Assembly: GCA_963789255.1 (NCBI GenBank)
Contig: CAWBJW010000001.1
Location: 459,157 to 483,156, forward strand
Source: an uncultured Alphaproteobacteria bacterium
GTDB taxonomy: Bacteria; Pseudomonadota; Alphaproteobacteria; ATCC43930; CGMCC-115725
DNA: 24,000 nt
Reading direction: 5' to 3'
Part shown: positions 16,541 through 24,000 of the stretch, in pieces
How positions within the stretch are numbered: the stretch's first letter is position 1
Layout of the letters: every line of letters starts with the position of its first letter
Position numbers and translations under genes: made by a program
The notes under the pieces: generated by a model
Databases searched by the model: none
Told to the model about the DNA's origin: nothing
Seen by the model: only the letters and a program-made list of their open reading frames with translations

Positions 16541-18084
16541 CCTTTGCCAAATAGCGCCTTCCGCACCACCTCGGCAACCGCCTTGGCCATCAAAGGCGGG
16601 ACCGCGTTGCCTATCTGTCGGAATGCCGGGTTCATCGTTCCACGAAAGCGAAAGCCGTCCGGAAAGGATTGGAGTCGGGCCGCCTCTCGCACGCTTATCG
16701 TTCGTGCCTGACTGCTGTCGTAGTGGATGTGGGAGTAACCATCCTTGCCGAGATGCGCCATCAGCGTTCGCGCCGGTGCGTCCGATTCCATTTTCCTCCA
16801 TTTGTTCGGGAATTTGGTATCGTCGTAGGGGGGAACAATGCTTGCCCGAAGTCTCTTCCGCAACGTCGCCCTCTGCGCAGATGACGCGGCGGGATCAAGC
16901 TCGCGCTCGACGGCTTCTGCCAGCATTCGGAGGGCTAGTTGATAGGCCTCTGGATATTGGTCGCCGGGCTGCATGCGCCCAAAAATGGCGTAATCACGCG
17001 GCAGATAACGGATTACGTGGTCGTATACGCCCTCCTCGCTGTCAAAGCCGGGCCATCTCCGCATTAGCTTCGCATAATCATTTAGCGGCAGGTTGGCGGT
17101 GTAGGCCGTCAGCTCCGTGAAGCGGCGAGCGCCCCGACGCAATTTACCCTCAAGGTGCAGCGTGATCCGCGGAAGATCGGACAAGGCGTCCCGTGCCGTT
17201 ACCGCAGCAGGCAGGTCCGGCGCCGGCTCAGGCGTAGCGCATAGTCGCGCGCCGGTTTTGAATAGATCGGCGACATTCTTGAAAGCTACTTGTCTTGTTC
17301 CCTCGTATCCGCGAGGCAGCTCGTGCCAGTGCGTAGGCTCAGGAAAGTTCGGGACAATCCCCAATTCTGTTGCATACGCGACGAGGAACATCCGCTCGCG
17401 CATTTGCGGCACCCCATAGCGCACAGAATTAAGCAGCGCGTAGCGCGCCACATACCTTTTGGCCTCTAGGGCTTCACACATCTCCTCGGCTATATTGTGC
17501 CCTCCGAAATTCATGACATCAGGGACGTTTTCCATTATTACCGCAAGAGGCTGGAATTCCTCCACATATTCCATGAAGCTGACGTAGAGGTTTGCCCGTT
17601 TGTCATGCTTGAAGGCCTGCGGATGCTCCGCGATCTCGCGTAATTTCGCGCGACCAACCCTGGCAAACGCCTGACAAGGGGGACCGCCAATGAGCAGGTC
17701 GATGCAGTCGGCGGTATTACCGAGGCCGAGCTCGCGCGCAAGGACAGCCGGTGGCGTATCGATTATATCCCTGGGAGTCGAATGGCTGGTTCGTTGTTGC
17801 CAAGTCGCCTGCCGATGAAAGTTTAATGCGTGCGACTCCGCGGCAAGCGGATCATGCTCGACAGCTCCGGAAAGTGAGAATCCCGCCGAGACAAATCCGA
17901 GAGACATTCCCCCACAGCCGGCAAACAGATCCAGGACCCGAGGGGAACCGCCGAGCCGAAGCCGATCAAGCTTCCTGCCCCGCGGGCGGTCATCTCCCCC
18001 AATCGCGGAGAATGCATCCGTGCCCGTGTAAGGCGCAATCGGCGACCACAGTTCCAACATCTGCCCTGGGATTATATCCAACAT
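16537..18084 (-). CDS. DNA (cytosine-5-)-methyltransferase
   Basis: All the key C5-MTase motifs are in order: I LDLFAGCGGMSLGF, IV GGPPCQAFARVG, VI VIMENVPDV, VIII QMRERMFLVAY, a long variable TRD, IX RLQSFPDGFRF, and X RQIGNAVPPLMA. Confidence 0.95.
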   Translation of the reverse strand: MLDIIPGQMLELWSPIAPYTGTDAFSAIGGDDRPRGRKLDRLRLGGSPRVLDLFAGCGGMSLGFVSAGFSLSGAVEHDPLAAESHALNFHRQATWQQRTSHSTPRDIIDTPPAVLARELGLGNTADCIDLLIGGPPCQAFARVGRAKLREIAEHPQAFKHDKRANLYVSFMEYVEEFQPLAVIMENVPDVMNFGGHNIAEEMCEALEAKRYVARYALLNSVRYGVPQMRERMFLVAYATELGIVPNFPEPTHWHELPRGYEGTRQVAFKNVADLFKTGARLCATPEPAPDLPAAVTARDALSDLPRITLHLEGKLRRGARRFTELTAYTANLPLNDYAKLMRRWPGFDSEEGVYDHVIRYLPRDYAIFGRMQPGDQYPEAYQLALRMLAEAVERELDPAASSAQRATLRKRLRASIVPPYDDTKFPNKWRKMESDAPARTLMAHLGKDGYSHIHYDSSQARTISVREAARLQSFPDGFRFRGTMNPAFRQIGNAVPPLMAKAVAEVVRKALFGKG

Positions 18085-18253
18085 TTAGACCCCACACCCA
18101 ATTTACCCCCAAATCTAGCGGCAACTCAACCCCTCGGTCGCACAAGAAGCGCTGAAAATCCACCTCGATCCCTTGGAACAAAAAAAGAACTAAGTCAACG
18201 GTTAATAGCGTCCGGACTCGCACCCGCAGGAAGTTCTGTTTCCTTGGAAATCT

Positions 18254-18394
18254 CTACCTCCCCGTCGCCCAATCGGTGCCGGCGAGCGGCACGCCGGGCA
18301 TCGCCGCGGCCTCGGCGGACAGCGCGGCGAGACCCTCGGGATCGAGATTGTGCAGGTGCGGCTTGCCGCAGGCCCGGCCGATGATCCCGCACAT
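18254..18394 (-). other. 46-codon ORF with strong codon bias at the right island border (small protein or 5' gene remnant)
   Basis: MCGIIGRACGKPHLHNLDPEGLAALSAEAAAMPGVPLAGTDWATGR. 43 of 46 third positions are G/C, and ggag lies about 9 nt upstream. An N-terminal MCGI(I/V)G is typical of Ntn (class II) amidotransferases, but 46 aa is too short to assign. Confidence 0.35.
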
Positions 18395-18522
18395 GTTCCG
18401 CCGCTCCGGCGCCTTCGGTCCATCTCCAGTTTGAAGGCTTCGGCCCGGCGCCGTCAAACTCAGGCATCGGCCATTGCCGCCGTGGTGCTATAACCGGCGC
18501 GCCCGGCCTGTGGGAGGATCGA

Positions 18523-19773
18523 TTGCCTGAATTTGATTGGACCGGCGGCGATCTGCCGACCTTCGTCACTCACCTGGAATGCAGCCTGACCGGCGAGCGC
18601 TATCCGGCCGATCGGCTGCACGGCCTGTCGCGCGCCGGACGGCCGCTCCTGGTGCGCTACGACCTCGACGGCGTGCGCCGGGCGCTCCCGCGGGAGGCGC
18701 TCGATGCCCGCCCGCAGAGCCTGTGGCGCTACCGCGAATTGCTGCCGGTGCGCCATCCGGAAAACGTCCTCTCGCTCGGCGAGGTGGTGACCCCACTGGT
18801 GTCGCTGCCGCGCCTTGCGAAAGGCGGCGAGCTCTTGGTCAAGGACGAGGGGCGGCTGCCGACCGGCTCGTTCAAGGCACGCGGCCTGGTGCTCGCGGTG
18901 TCGATGGCGAAGGAGCTTGGCGTCACCGCCATGGCGATGCCGAGCAACGGCAATGCCGGCGCGGCAATGGCGGCCTATTGCGCGCGCGCCGGGATCGCCG
19001 CGACGGTGTTCGTCCCCGACGACACGCCCGATGTGAACGTCCGCGAGATCGCGATGCAGGGCGCCCGGGTGTTCCTCGTCGACGGCCTCATTGACGATTG
19101 CGGCCGGCTCGTCGCCGAGGGCGAGAAGGCCGTCGGCTGGTTCAATTGCTCGACGCTGCGCGAGCCCTATCGCATCGAGGGCAAGAAGACGATGGGCATC
19201 GAATTGGCCGAGCAGCTCGGCTGGGAGGTGCCCGACGTCATTTTCTACCCGACCGGCGGCGGCACCGGCATCATCGGCATGTGGAAGGCGTTCGACGAAT
19301 TGGAGGCGATCGGCTGGATCGGCAACAAGCGGCCGCGCATGGTCGTCGTCCAGGCAGCGGGCTGCGCGCCGATGGTCAAGGCCTGGGAGGACGGCGTCGA
19401 GCATGCGCCGCGCTGGGCCGACGCGCGCACCTTCGCCGCCGGTATAAGGGTGCCGCAAGCCGTCGGCGATTTCCTGATCCTGCGCGCGGTGCGCGACAGC
19501 GGCGGGTTTGCGATTGCCGTCGATGACGCGGCGATCGCGCGGGCGTGGCGCGAGGTCGCAGTCGAGGAAGGGCTGTTGCTGTGCCCGGAGGGCGCGGCGA
19601 CCTATGCCGCCTATCGGGCGGCGGTGGCGGACGGGCGGGTCCGCCCGGGCGAGCGCGCCGTGCTGTTCAACTGCGCGACCGGGCTCAAATATCCGATGCC
19701 CGAGGCGGGAACCCGGCTGAAGCTCGGCAGCCCGGTTGACTGGGGGCAGATGCAGCGGCCGGCTTCGGGCTGA
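18523..19773 (+). CDS. threonine synthase-family PLP-dependent enzyme
   Basis: LWRYRELLPV, SLGEVVTPLV, the PLP-lysine motif KDEGRLPTGSFKARG, SNGNAG and YPTGGGTGIIG. The tracked start is a TTG at 18523, so the start is uncertain. Confidence 0.85.
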   Translation: MPEFDWTGGDLPTFVTHLECSLTGERYPADRLHGLSRAGRPLLVRYDLDGVRRALPREALDARPQSLWRYRELLPVRHPENVLSLGEVVTPLVSLPRLAKGGELLVKDEGRLPTGSFKARGLVLAVSMAKELGVTAMAMPSNGNAGAAMAAYCARAGIAATVFVPDDTPDVNVREIAMQGARVFLVDGLIDDCGRLVAEGEKAVGWFNCSTLREPYRIEGKKTMGIELAEQLGWEVPDVIFYPTGGGTGIIGMWKAFDELEAIGWIGNKRPRMVVVQAAGCAPMVKAWEDGVEHAPRWADARTFAAGIRVPQAVGDFLILRAVRDSGGFAIAVDDAAIARAWREVAVEEGLLLCPEGAATYAAYRAAVADGRVRPGERAVLFNCATGLKYPMPEAGTRLKLGSPVDWGQMQRPASG

Positions 19774-19962
19774 AACCTGAAGCATCCGCCCGCGGCCTGA
19801 CCATCCGGCGGCTTAACCATAACGGGTCCCATCGCCCGCGCGGTTGTGGTAAGAGGGCGCAACTCAACGTGCTGCGCGCGACCGGCGCGGCGCAACGGCG
19901 GTCTGGAATTGCCAAAACAACGTGTTATGGTGCGCCCTTGGTCGCGGTAACGGAGAACGCAG

Positions 19963-21618
19963 ATGCCTGAAGCGGTGTGGAATGGGTTTCTGCGGCTGTC
20001 ACTGGTTTCGTGTCCGGTCCACCTCGCGCCGGCGACCAGCGACGCCCATATCATCCACCTCGACCAGCTCAATTCGCGGACCGGCAACCCGGTCTCCCGG
20101 CAATTCGTCGATTCGCGGACCGGCGACGTCGTCAGTCCCAATGCCGTCGTCAGGGGGTATCAGCGCGCCGGATCGGGCTATGTCACCCTTGCCGACAGCG
20201 AGCTCGCGGCGCTCGCCAGCGAGCCACCCAACATCGTCGAGGTGACGCATTTCATCCCGCGCAACCAGGTTGACCGGGCGCGTCTCGAATCCAGCTATTA
20301 CATCTACCCGGACGGCCAGCTCGCGGCAGACACGCTCGAAGCCCTGCGCCTGGCGATGCAGCGCAACGAGCGCGACGCGATCGCCCATGTCCACCTCGGC
20401 GAGCGCGAGTGCATGGTGATGATCCAGCTGCATGGCGCCGGACTGCTGCTGTCGACGTTGCGCCCGCCGCGGGTGCTCGAACCGGCCGAATTCGTCGAGC
20501 GGCCCGAGAGCGCAATCCCGGGGGAGATGGTCGAGGTCGCCGAGGGGATCATCGCGCGCCGCACTCTCGGTTCCGATGCAAACATGCTCTACGACCGATA
20601 CGAGGAGCGGCTGCGCTCGTTGATCGAGCAGAAATCGGGGGGTGCCCCGGCCCTGCCACCGCGGCCGGCCCCGCCCGCCGCGGTGGTAGCTCCGCCTCCG
20701 CCTCCACCCCCGGCAGCTCCCGCGCCGGAGCCCGAACCGCCGGCCGCCGCCGCGCCGCCGCCGCCCGAACCCGAACCGGCCGCCGCCGAGCCGCCGCCGC
20801 CCGAACCCGAACCGCCGGCCGCCGCCGCGCCGCCGCCGCCCGAACCCGAGCCGGCCGCCGCCGCGCCGCCGCCGCCCGAACCCGAGCCGGCCGCCGCCGA
20901 GCCGCCGCCGCCCGAACCCGAACCGCCGGCCGCCGCCGAGCCGCCGCCGCCAGAACCCGAACCGCCGGCCGCCGCCGAGCCGCCGCCGCCCGAACCCGAA
21001 CCCGCCGCCGCCGCTCCGCCACCTCCGCCCGAGCCGGCAGCGGCCGCTCCTGTTCCAGAGCCCCCGCCTGCGCGTGCAACGCCGCGGCCCGAGGCGGCAT
21101 CGCCGGCGGACGCCGACGCGGCGCGGGCGCGGGCCGAGAGAGAGATCTTCGGGTCGCCGCCCGTCCCGTCCGGGGAACAGTCGGGACGCGAGCTTGGCAC
21201 CGAGATTCTGCTGCACATCATGGGACTTGGCGATCGCCGTTTCGTCGAGCCCGGCTGGGCCGGCCATCCAGGCAGCCGCCGCCAGATCGAGGCGATGAGC
21301 ATCCGGCCGCGCGAGGAGCTCGAGCCGAGCGCGCTCGAGTTCCGCGTCTTCGCGCAGGAGGGCCGCGCGACCGCCTGGGTCAGCAACGGCAATTACGCCG
21401 GAACCCGCGGCCGGCAATTGCCGCTGACCGGCTTTGCGGTGCGCCCGGCGACCGAGCTGCGCGACCGGTTCGACGTCGTTTACGAAGGCTGCTTCTTCGA
21501 TGGCGGGGTGGTCGGGCCAAAACAGAATGGCGAGATCTGCACCTCGCCGGTCGCGAACGACCCGCTCGAAGCGGTCCGCATCAGCATTGTCGAGCGCTCG
21601 GGCGGTCGCGCGGCGTGA
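19963..21618 (+). CDS. ku: Ku (NHEJ DNA-end-binding) protein with a long Pro/Ala/Glu repeat linker and an extra C-terminal repeat domain
   Basis: ggagaa RBS. The N-terminal approx. 225 aa read WNGFLRLSLVSCPVHLAPATS...LDQLNSRTGNPVSRQFVDSRTGDVV...GYVTLADSELAAL...VEVTHFIPRNQVDRARLESSYYIYPDG...MVMIQLHGAGLLLSTLRPP, as in bacterial Ku. The single open frame continues to 551 aa. Confidence 0.85.
   Translation: MPEAVWNGFLRLSLVSCPVHLAPATSDAHIIHLDQLNSRTGNPVSRQFVDSRTGDVVSPNAVVRGYQRAGSGYVTLADSELAALASEPPNIVEVTHFIPRNQVDRARLESSYYIYPDGQLAADTLEALRLAMQRNERDAIAHVHLGERECMVMIQLHGAGLLLSTLRPPRVLEPAEFVERPESAIPGEMVEVAEGIIARRTLGSDANMLYDRYEERLRSLIEQKSGGAPALPPRPAPPAAVVAPPPPPPPAAPAPEPEPPAAAAPPPPEPEPAAAEPPPPEPEPPAAAAPPPPEPEPAAAAPPPPEPEPAAAEPPPPEPEPPAAAEPPPPEPEPPAAAEPPPPEPEPAAAAPPPPPEPAAAAPVPEPPPARATPRPEAASPADADAARARAEREIFGSPPVPSGEQSGRELGTEILLHIMGLGDRRFVEPGWAGHPGSRRQIEAMSIRPREELEPSALEFRVFAQEGRATAWVSNGNYAGTRGRQLPLTGFAVRPATELRDRFDVVYEGCFFDGGVVGPKQNGEICTSPVANDPLEAVRISIVERSGGRAA
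20728..21048 (+). repeat. in-frame tandem repeat, 36/39-bp units encoding PPPPEPEP(P)AAA(A/E), 7 full copies plus degenerate ends
   Basis: Unit boundaries read from the sequence are 20755, 20791, 20830, 20866, 20902, 20941 and 20980, with unit lengths 36, 39, 36, 36, 39, 39 and 36. The copies are near-identical (ccgccgccgcccgaacccga(a/g)ccg(ccg)gccgccgcc(gcg/gag)). Confidence 0.9.
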
Positions 21619-21655
21619 GCGGCCGCCCGTCGTGACCGGTCCCGCCGCGGCAACG

Positions 21656-23290
21656 TCATAATCGTAGTTGTCGTTCGAGGATGTCGGGCAGATCGTTTTC
21701 GATCAGCACGACGTCGTGCCCGGCGAGATGGCGGTCGAGCCAAGTCTGCGCTTCGGCAAAGGTCGGGCACGACACGATTTCGCGCTCGGGCGCGGCCTGC
21801 GAAAAGGCGGCGACGAGCGGCGCCACCCGGTGCGGCGCGACGGCGACCAGAACATCGACGTGGCTCGCGGCGAGCCGGCCGATCCGCGCGTGCTCCGCCT
21901 CGTGCTCGCTGCCCAGTTCGGCCATGCCGGGGGTGACGAGAATGCGGCGTCCGCCCGGTTGCCGCAGCGAATCGAGCAGCGCGAGCGCCGAGGCGAAGCC
22001 GACCGGGTTCGAATTGTAGGCGTCGTCGATCACGATCGTGCCGTCGCCCGGGCGCTTGACTTCGAGGCGATGGGCGACCTGCGGCGTGCTCTTGAGGCTG
22101 GCGACGACGTCCTCGGGCATCAGCCCGAGCGTGCATGCGGCGGCGAAGGCGAGCGCAACGTTGCGGCCTTGATGCAGTCCGAAGAGCGGCGCGCGCAGCT
22201 CATAGCCCTGGCCATGCCAGCCGATCTGCGCGACGATCCCATCGCTCTCCTGGCGCAGCGCCGCGATCACCAGGTCGGCGGTATCCTCGCCCCCGACGGT
22301 CACCACCCGGTCGCGGTGCCGCTCGACGAATTCCCGCGGCCAGGCAAGGTCCAGGATTTCGGCGGCGACGATGATCGTGCCGCCATTGTCGCGCACCGCC
22401 TCGGCCAGCTCGAATTTGGCATGGGCCACCGCATCGAGCGACTTGAAACGCTCGTAATGCGCCTTGCCGACCGCGCTGATAATGCCGATCCGCGGCGGGG
22501 TCAGCGCGCACAGGCGGCGAATCGAGCCGATGCCGTAGGCACCCATTTCGACGACGAAATAGCGGTGATGCGGTTGCAGGCGTTCGCGGATCACCCGGGC
22601 GATGCCCATTGCCGTGTTGACGCTGCCCGGCGTGATCAGAACAGGCCCGGCGGTTTCGAGCACGTGCCCGAGGATGTGCTTGACCGACGTTTTGCCGTAG
22701 GAGCCGGTCACCGCAATGACGATCGGATCCACCCGATGCAACACCGCGCGCGCTTCGCGCCAGTAGCGGGCTTGCACCCGCGCCTCGAACGGCGCCAGTA
22801 GCAGATTGGCGCCGACCAGCGTCAGCGGCAGAAGCTGCACCAGCACGATCCACACAAGTACCAGGAAGCTGAGCTTGGCCGCCGCAAGCCCTGCTGCGGC
22901 GCTCAATGTCAGTGCGATCGCGTAGATGCGCTTGGCGCGGGCGGTCATCGCCAGTGGCTTCTTCGCGGTCCTGAGCGGGTTGCGTTCGAAGACTGCGGCA
23001 CCGACGAAGGCGATCCCGACGGGCACCACAAACGACAAAGCCAGATACGGCGTCATCCCCGGCCCAACCAGGGCCGCCAGCTGCGTCACGAACAGAACCA
23101 GCAACACCAGCGACAGACGCCGGTCAAATCCGCGCTCGCGCCACAACCAATCCAAGAAGCGGCGGTTGTCGTATTCCTCCTGCTGAAACAGGTGCAGGTA
23201 GGTCAGCAGCCGGCGCGCCGCGAACGGCAGGAAGCCGATCAGCGTGATAAGTAGCGGGACCAGACCGATCAGATCAAAAAGCGCGCGCAC
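21656..23290 (-). CDS. Mur ligase family protein (MurF-like) with an N-terminal multi-pass membrane domain
   Basis: The first approx. 185 aa contain about 5 hydrophobic helices (LIGLVPLLITLIGFLPF, LSLVLLVLFVTQLAALVG, LALSFVVPVGIAFVGAAVF, IYAIALTLSAAAGLAAA, FLVLVWIVLVQLLPLTLVGANLLL). After that come Mur ligase motifs: the P-loop VTGSYGKTS, MurF-like IDDAYNSNP and TPGMAELG. The start is a GTG at 23290. Confidence 0.8.
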   Translation of the reverse strand: MRALFDLIGLVPLLITLIGFLPFAARRLLTYLHLFQQEEYDNRRFLDWLWRERGFDRRLSLVLLVLFVTQLAALVGPGMTPYLALSFVVPVGIAFVGAAVFERNPLRTAKKPLAMTARAKRIYAIALTLSAAAGLAAAKLSFLVLVWIVLVQLLPLTLVGANLLLAPFEARVQARYWREARAVLHRVDPIVIAVTGSYGKTSVKHILGHVLETAGPVLITPGSVNTAMGIARVIRERLQPHHRYFVVEMGAYGIGSIRRLCALTPPRIGIISAVGKAHYERFKSLDAVAHAKFELAEAVRDNGGTIIVAAEILDLAWPREFVERHRDRVVTVGGEDTADLVIAALRQESDGIVAQIGWHGQGYELRAPLFGLHQGRNVALAFAAACTLGLMPEDVVASLKSTPQVAHRLEVKRPGDGTIVIDDAYNSNPVGFASALALLDSLRQPGGRRILVTPGMAELGSEHEAEHARIGRLAASHVDVLVAVAPHRVAPLVAAFSQAAPEREIVSCPTFAEAQTWLDRHLAGHDVVLIENDLPDILERQLRL

Positions 23291-24000
23291 CCACTTGCTC
23301 CAGGAATTCGCCGAGGCGCTGGACGAGCTGGTGATGGCCGTCGGTCAGGATGTCGAGATGGCCGAAGCCGCGCAGCACCACGAGCCGTGATTGCGGGATC
23401 AGGTTTTCGAGGCGCCGGCCGATGTCGAGCGGGGCGTCGCGGTCCATGTCGCCATAGACCAGCATCACCGGCACGCGGATCGCACGCGCCGCCTCGCTTA
23501 GATCCTCGTTAACCGCCTTGACCAGCACCTGCCGCAGCAGCGGGCTGGCCTGCAAGTAATCCGAGCTGCCGAAGCGACGGCGCAGCCGGTCGCGCGCGGG
23601 GCCTTCGGGGGTGAATTGCCGCGCCAGTCGGAACGTCCAGCGCCGCACCGCGACCCGACCCCGCGCCCATGGCGAGCGCTGCGGCGGCAGACCGGGCGCG
23701 GCGATCAGGAACAGCCCGGCGAGCGTCTCGGGGTGGCGCGCCGCAAGCTGCAACCCGACCCGGCAGCCGAACGAATGGGCGACCCAGATGCGGCGCGCCG
23801 GCGGGCACAGGGCGAGCCATTCCGCCATCGCATCGGCATAATCCGCGGTGCTCCACGGCCCTGGCGGCGCCGGCGAGGCGCCGAAGCCGGGAAAATCGAT
23901 GAGGATCGATCGGGCGGAGCGCCGCATCGCCTGCGCCAGCGGGAGCAGCGCCGCGTGCGTCTGGCCCCAGCCAGGCGCCCAGATCAGCTCTGCCGACCCC
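23274..24000 (-). CDS. alpha/beta hydrolase fold protein (5' end outside the window)
   Basis: The frame stays open to the window edge (...ELIWAPGWGQTHAALLPLAQAMRR...DFPGFGASP). It has the nucleophile elbow VAHSFGCRVG and a C-terminal GFGHLD histidine motif. Its stop overlaps the Mur-ligase start by 17 nt. Confidence 0.75.
   Translation of the reverse strand, partial: GSAELIWAPGWGQTHAALLPLAQAMRRSARSILIDFPGFGASPAPPGPWSTADYADAMAEWLALCPPARRIWVAHSFGCRVGLQLAARHPETLAGLFLIAAPGLPPQRSPWARGRVAVRRWTFRLARQFTPEGPARDRLRRRFGSSDYLQASPLLRQVLVKAVNEDLSEAARAIRVPVMLVYGDMDRDAPLDIGRRLENLIPQSRLVVLRGFGHLDILTDGHHQLVQRLGEFLEQVGARAF

Noticed and set aside
16541-16801. Upstream extension of ORF 16100-16801(-)
   Set aside because: It overlaps the 3' end of the methyltransferase gene in another frame. 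The sensible start is the ATG at 16540 (MTSKLALKKL), which forms an ATGA overlap with the MTase stop.
14958-18250. The island as a prophage, IS or integrative element
   Set aside because: I could recognise no integrase, transposase, tRNA attachment site or clear terminal repeats. Only a 7-mer (cgttgac / gtcaacg) is shared between the borders, which is not significant.
20728-21048. Regular 36/39-bp repeats, considered as a possible CRISPR array
   Set aside because: There are no unique spacers between the units. The repeats are contiguous, lie in frame inside the ku ORF, and encode a PPPPEPEPAAA low-complexity linker.

Overview
High-GC chromosomal segment. The gene order (SPOR protein, nagZ, M50 protease, scpA, scpB, tatB, tatC) and the palindromic intergenic repeat families look Alphaproteobacteria/Hyphomicrobiales-like; that assignment is inference from memory. 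From left to right the window holds five blocks. (1) A tightly coupled housekeeping operon at 1-5811. (2) Accessory metabolism genes: a CmcJ/NvfI-like oxygenase, an SDR, a hydroxypyruvate-isomerase-like TIM barrel, a CMD/AhpD-like protein, glnS, a small secreted protein, and a Rieske dioxygenase alpha/beta pair with a TPR protein. (3) A visibly lower-GC island of about 3.3 kb (about 14958-18250). It encodes a C5-cytosine methyltransferase, a nuclease with an EcoRII-N-like domain plus a DUF3883-type PD-(D/E)xK domain, and Vsr. It carries no integrase and is flanked by what look like gene remnants. (4) A threonine-synthase-family PLP enzyme and an unusually long 551-aa Ku protein. The Ku has a Ku core, then in-frame 36/39-bp Pro/Ala/Glu tandem repeats, then a C-terminal triple repeat resembling ChW repeats. 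(5) A MurF-like ligase whose N-terminus is replaced by about 5 TM helices, overlapping an alpha/beta hydrolase gene. The SPOR gene, scpA and tatC are each broken by what looks like one extra base, and the restriction nuclease and the small secreted protein may be too. This points to assembly indels rather than biology, but I cannot decide that from the sequence alone. I recognised no rRNA, tRNA, CRISPR array, transposase or integrase. The most interesting candidates are the Ku fusion, the domain-shuffled R-M-Vsr island and the membrane-anchored Mur ligase/hydrolase pair.
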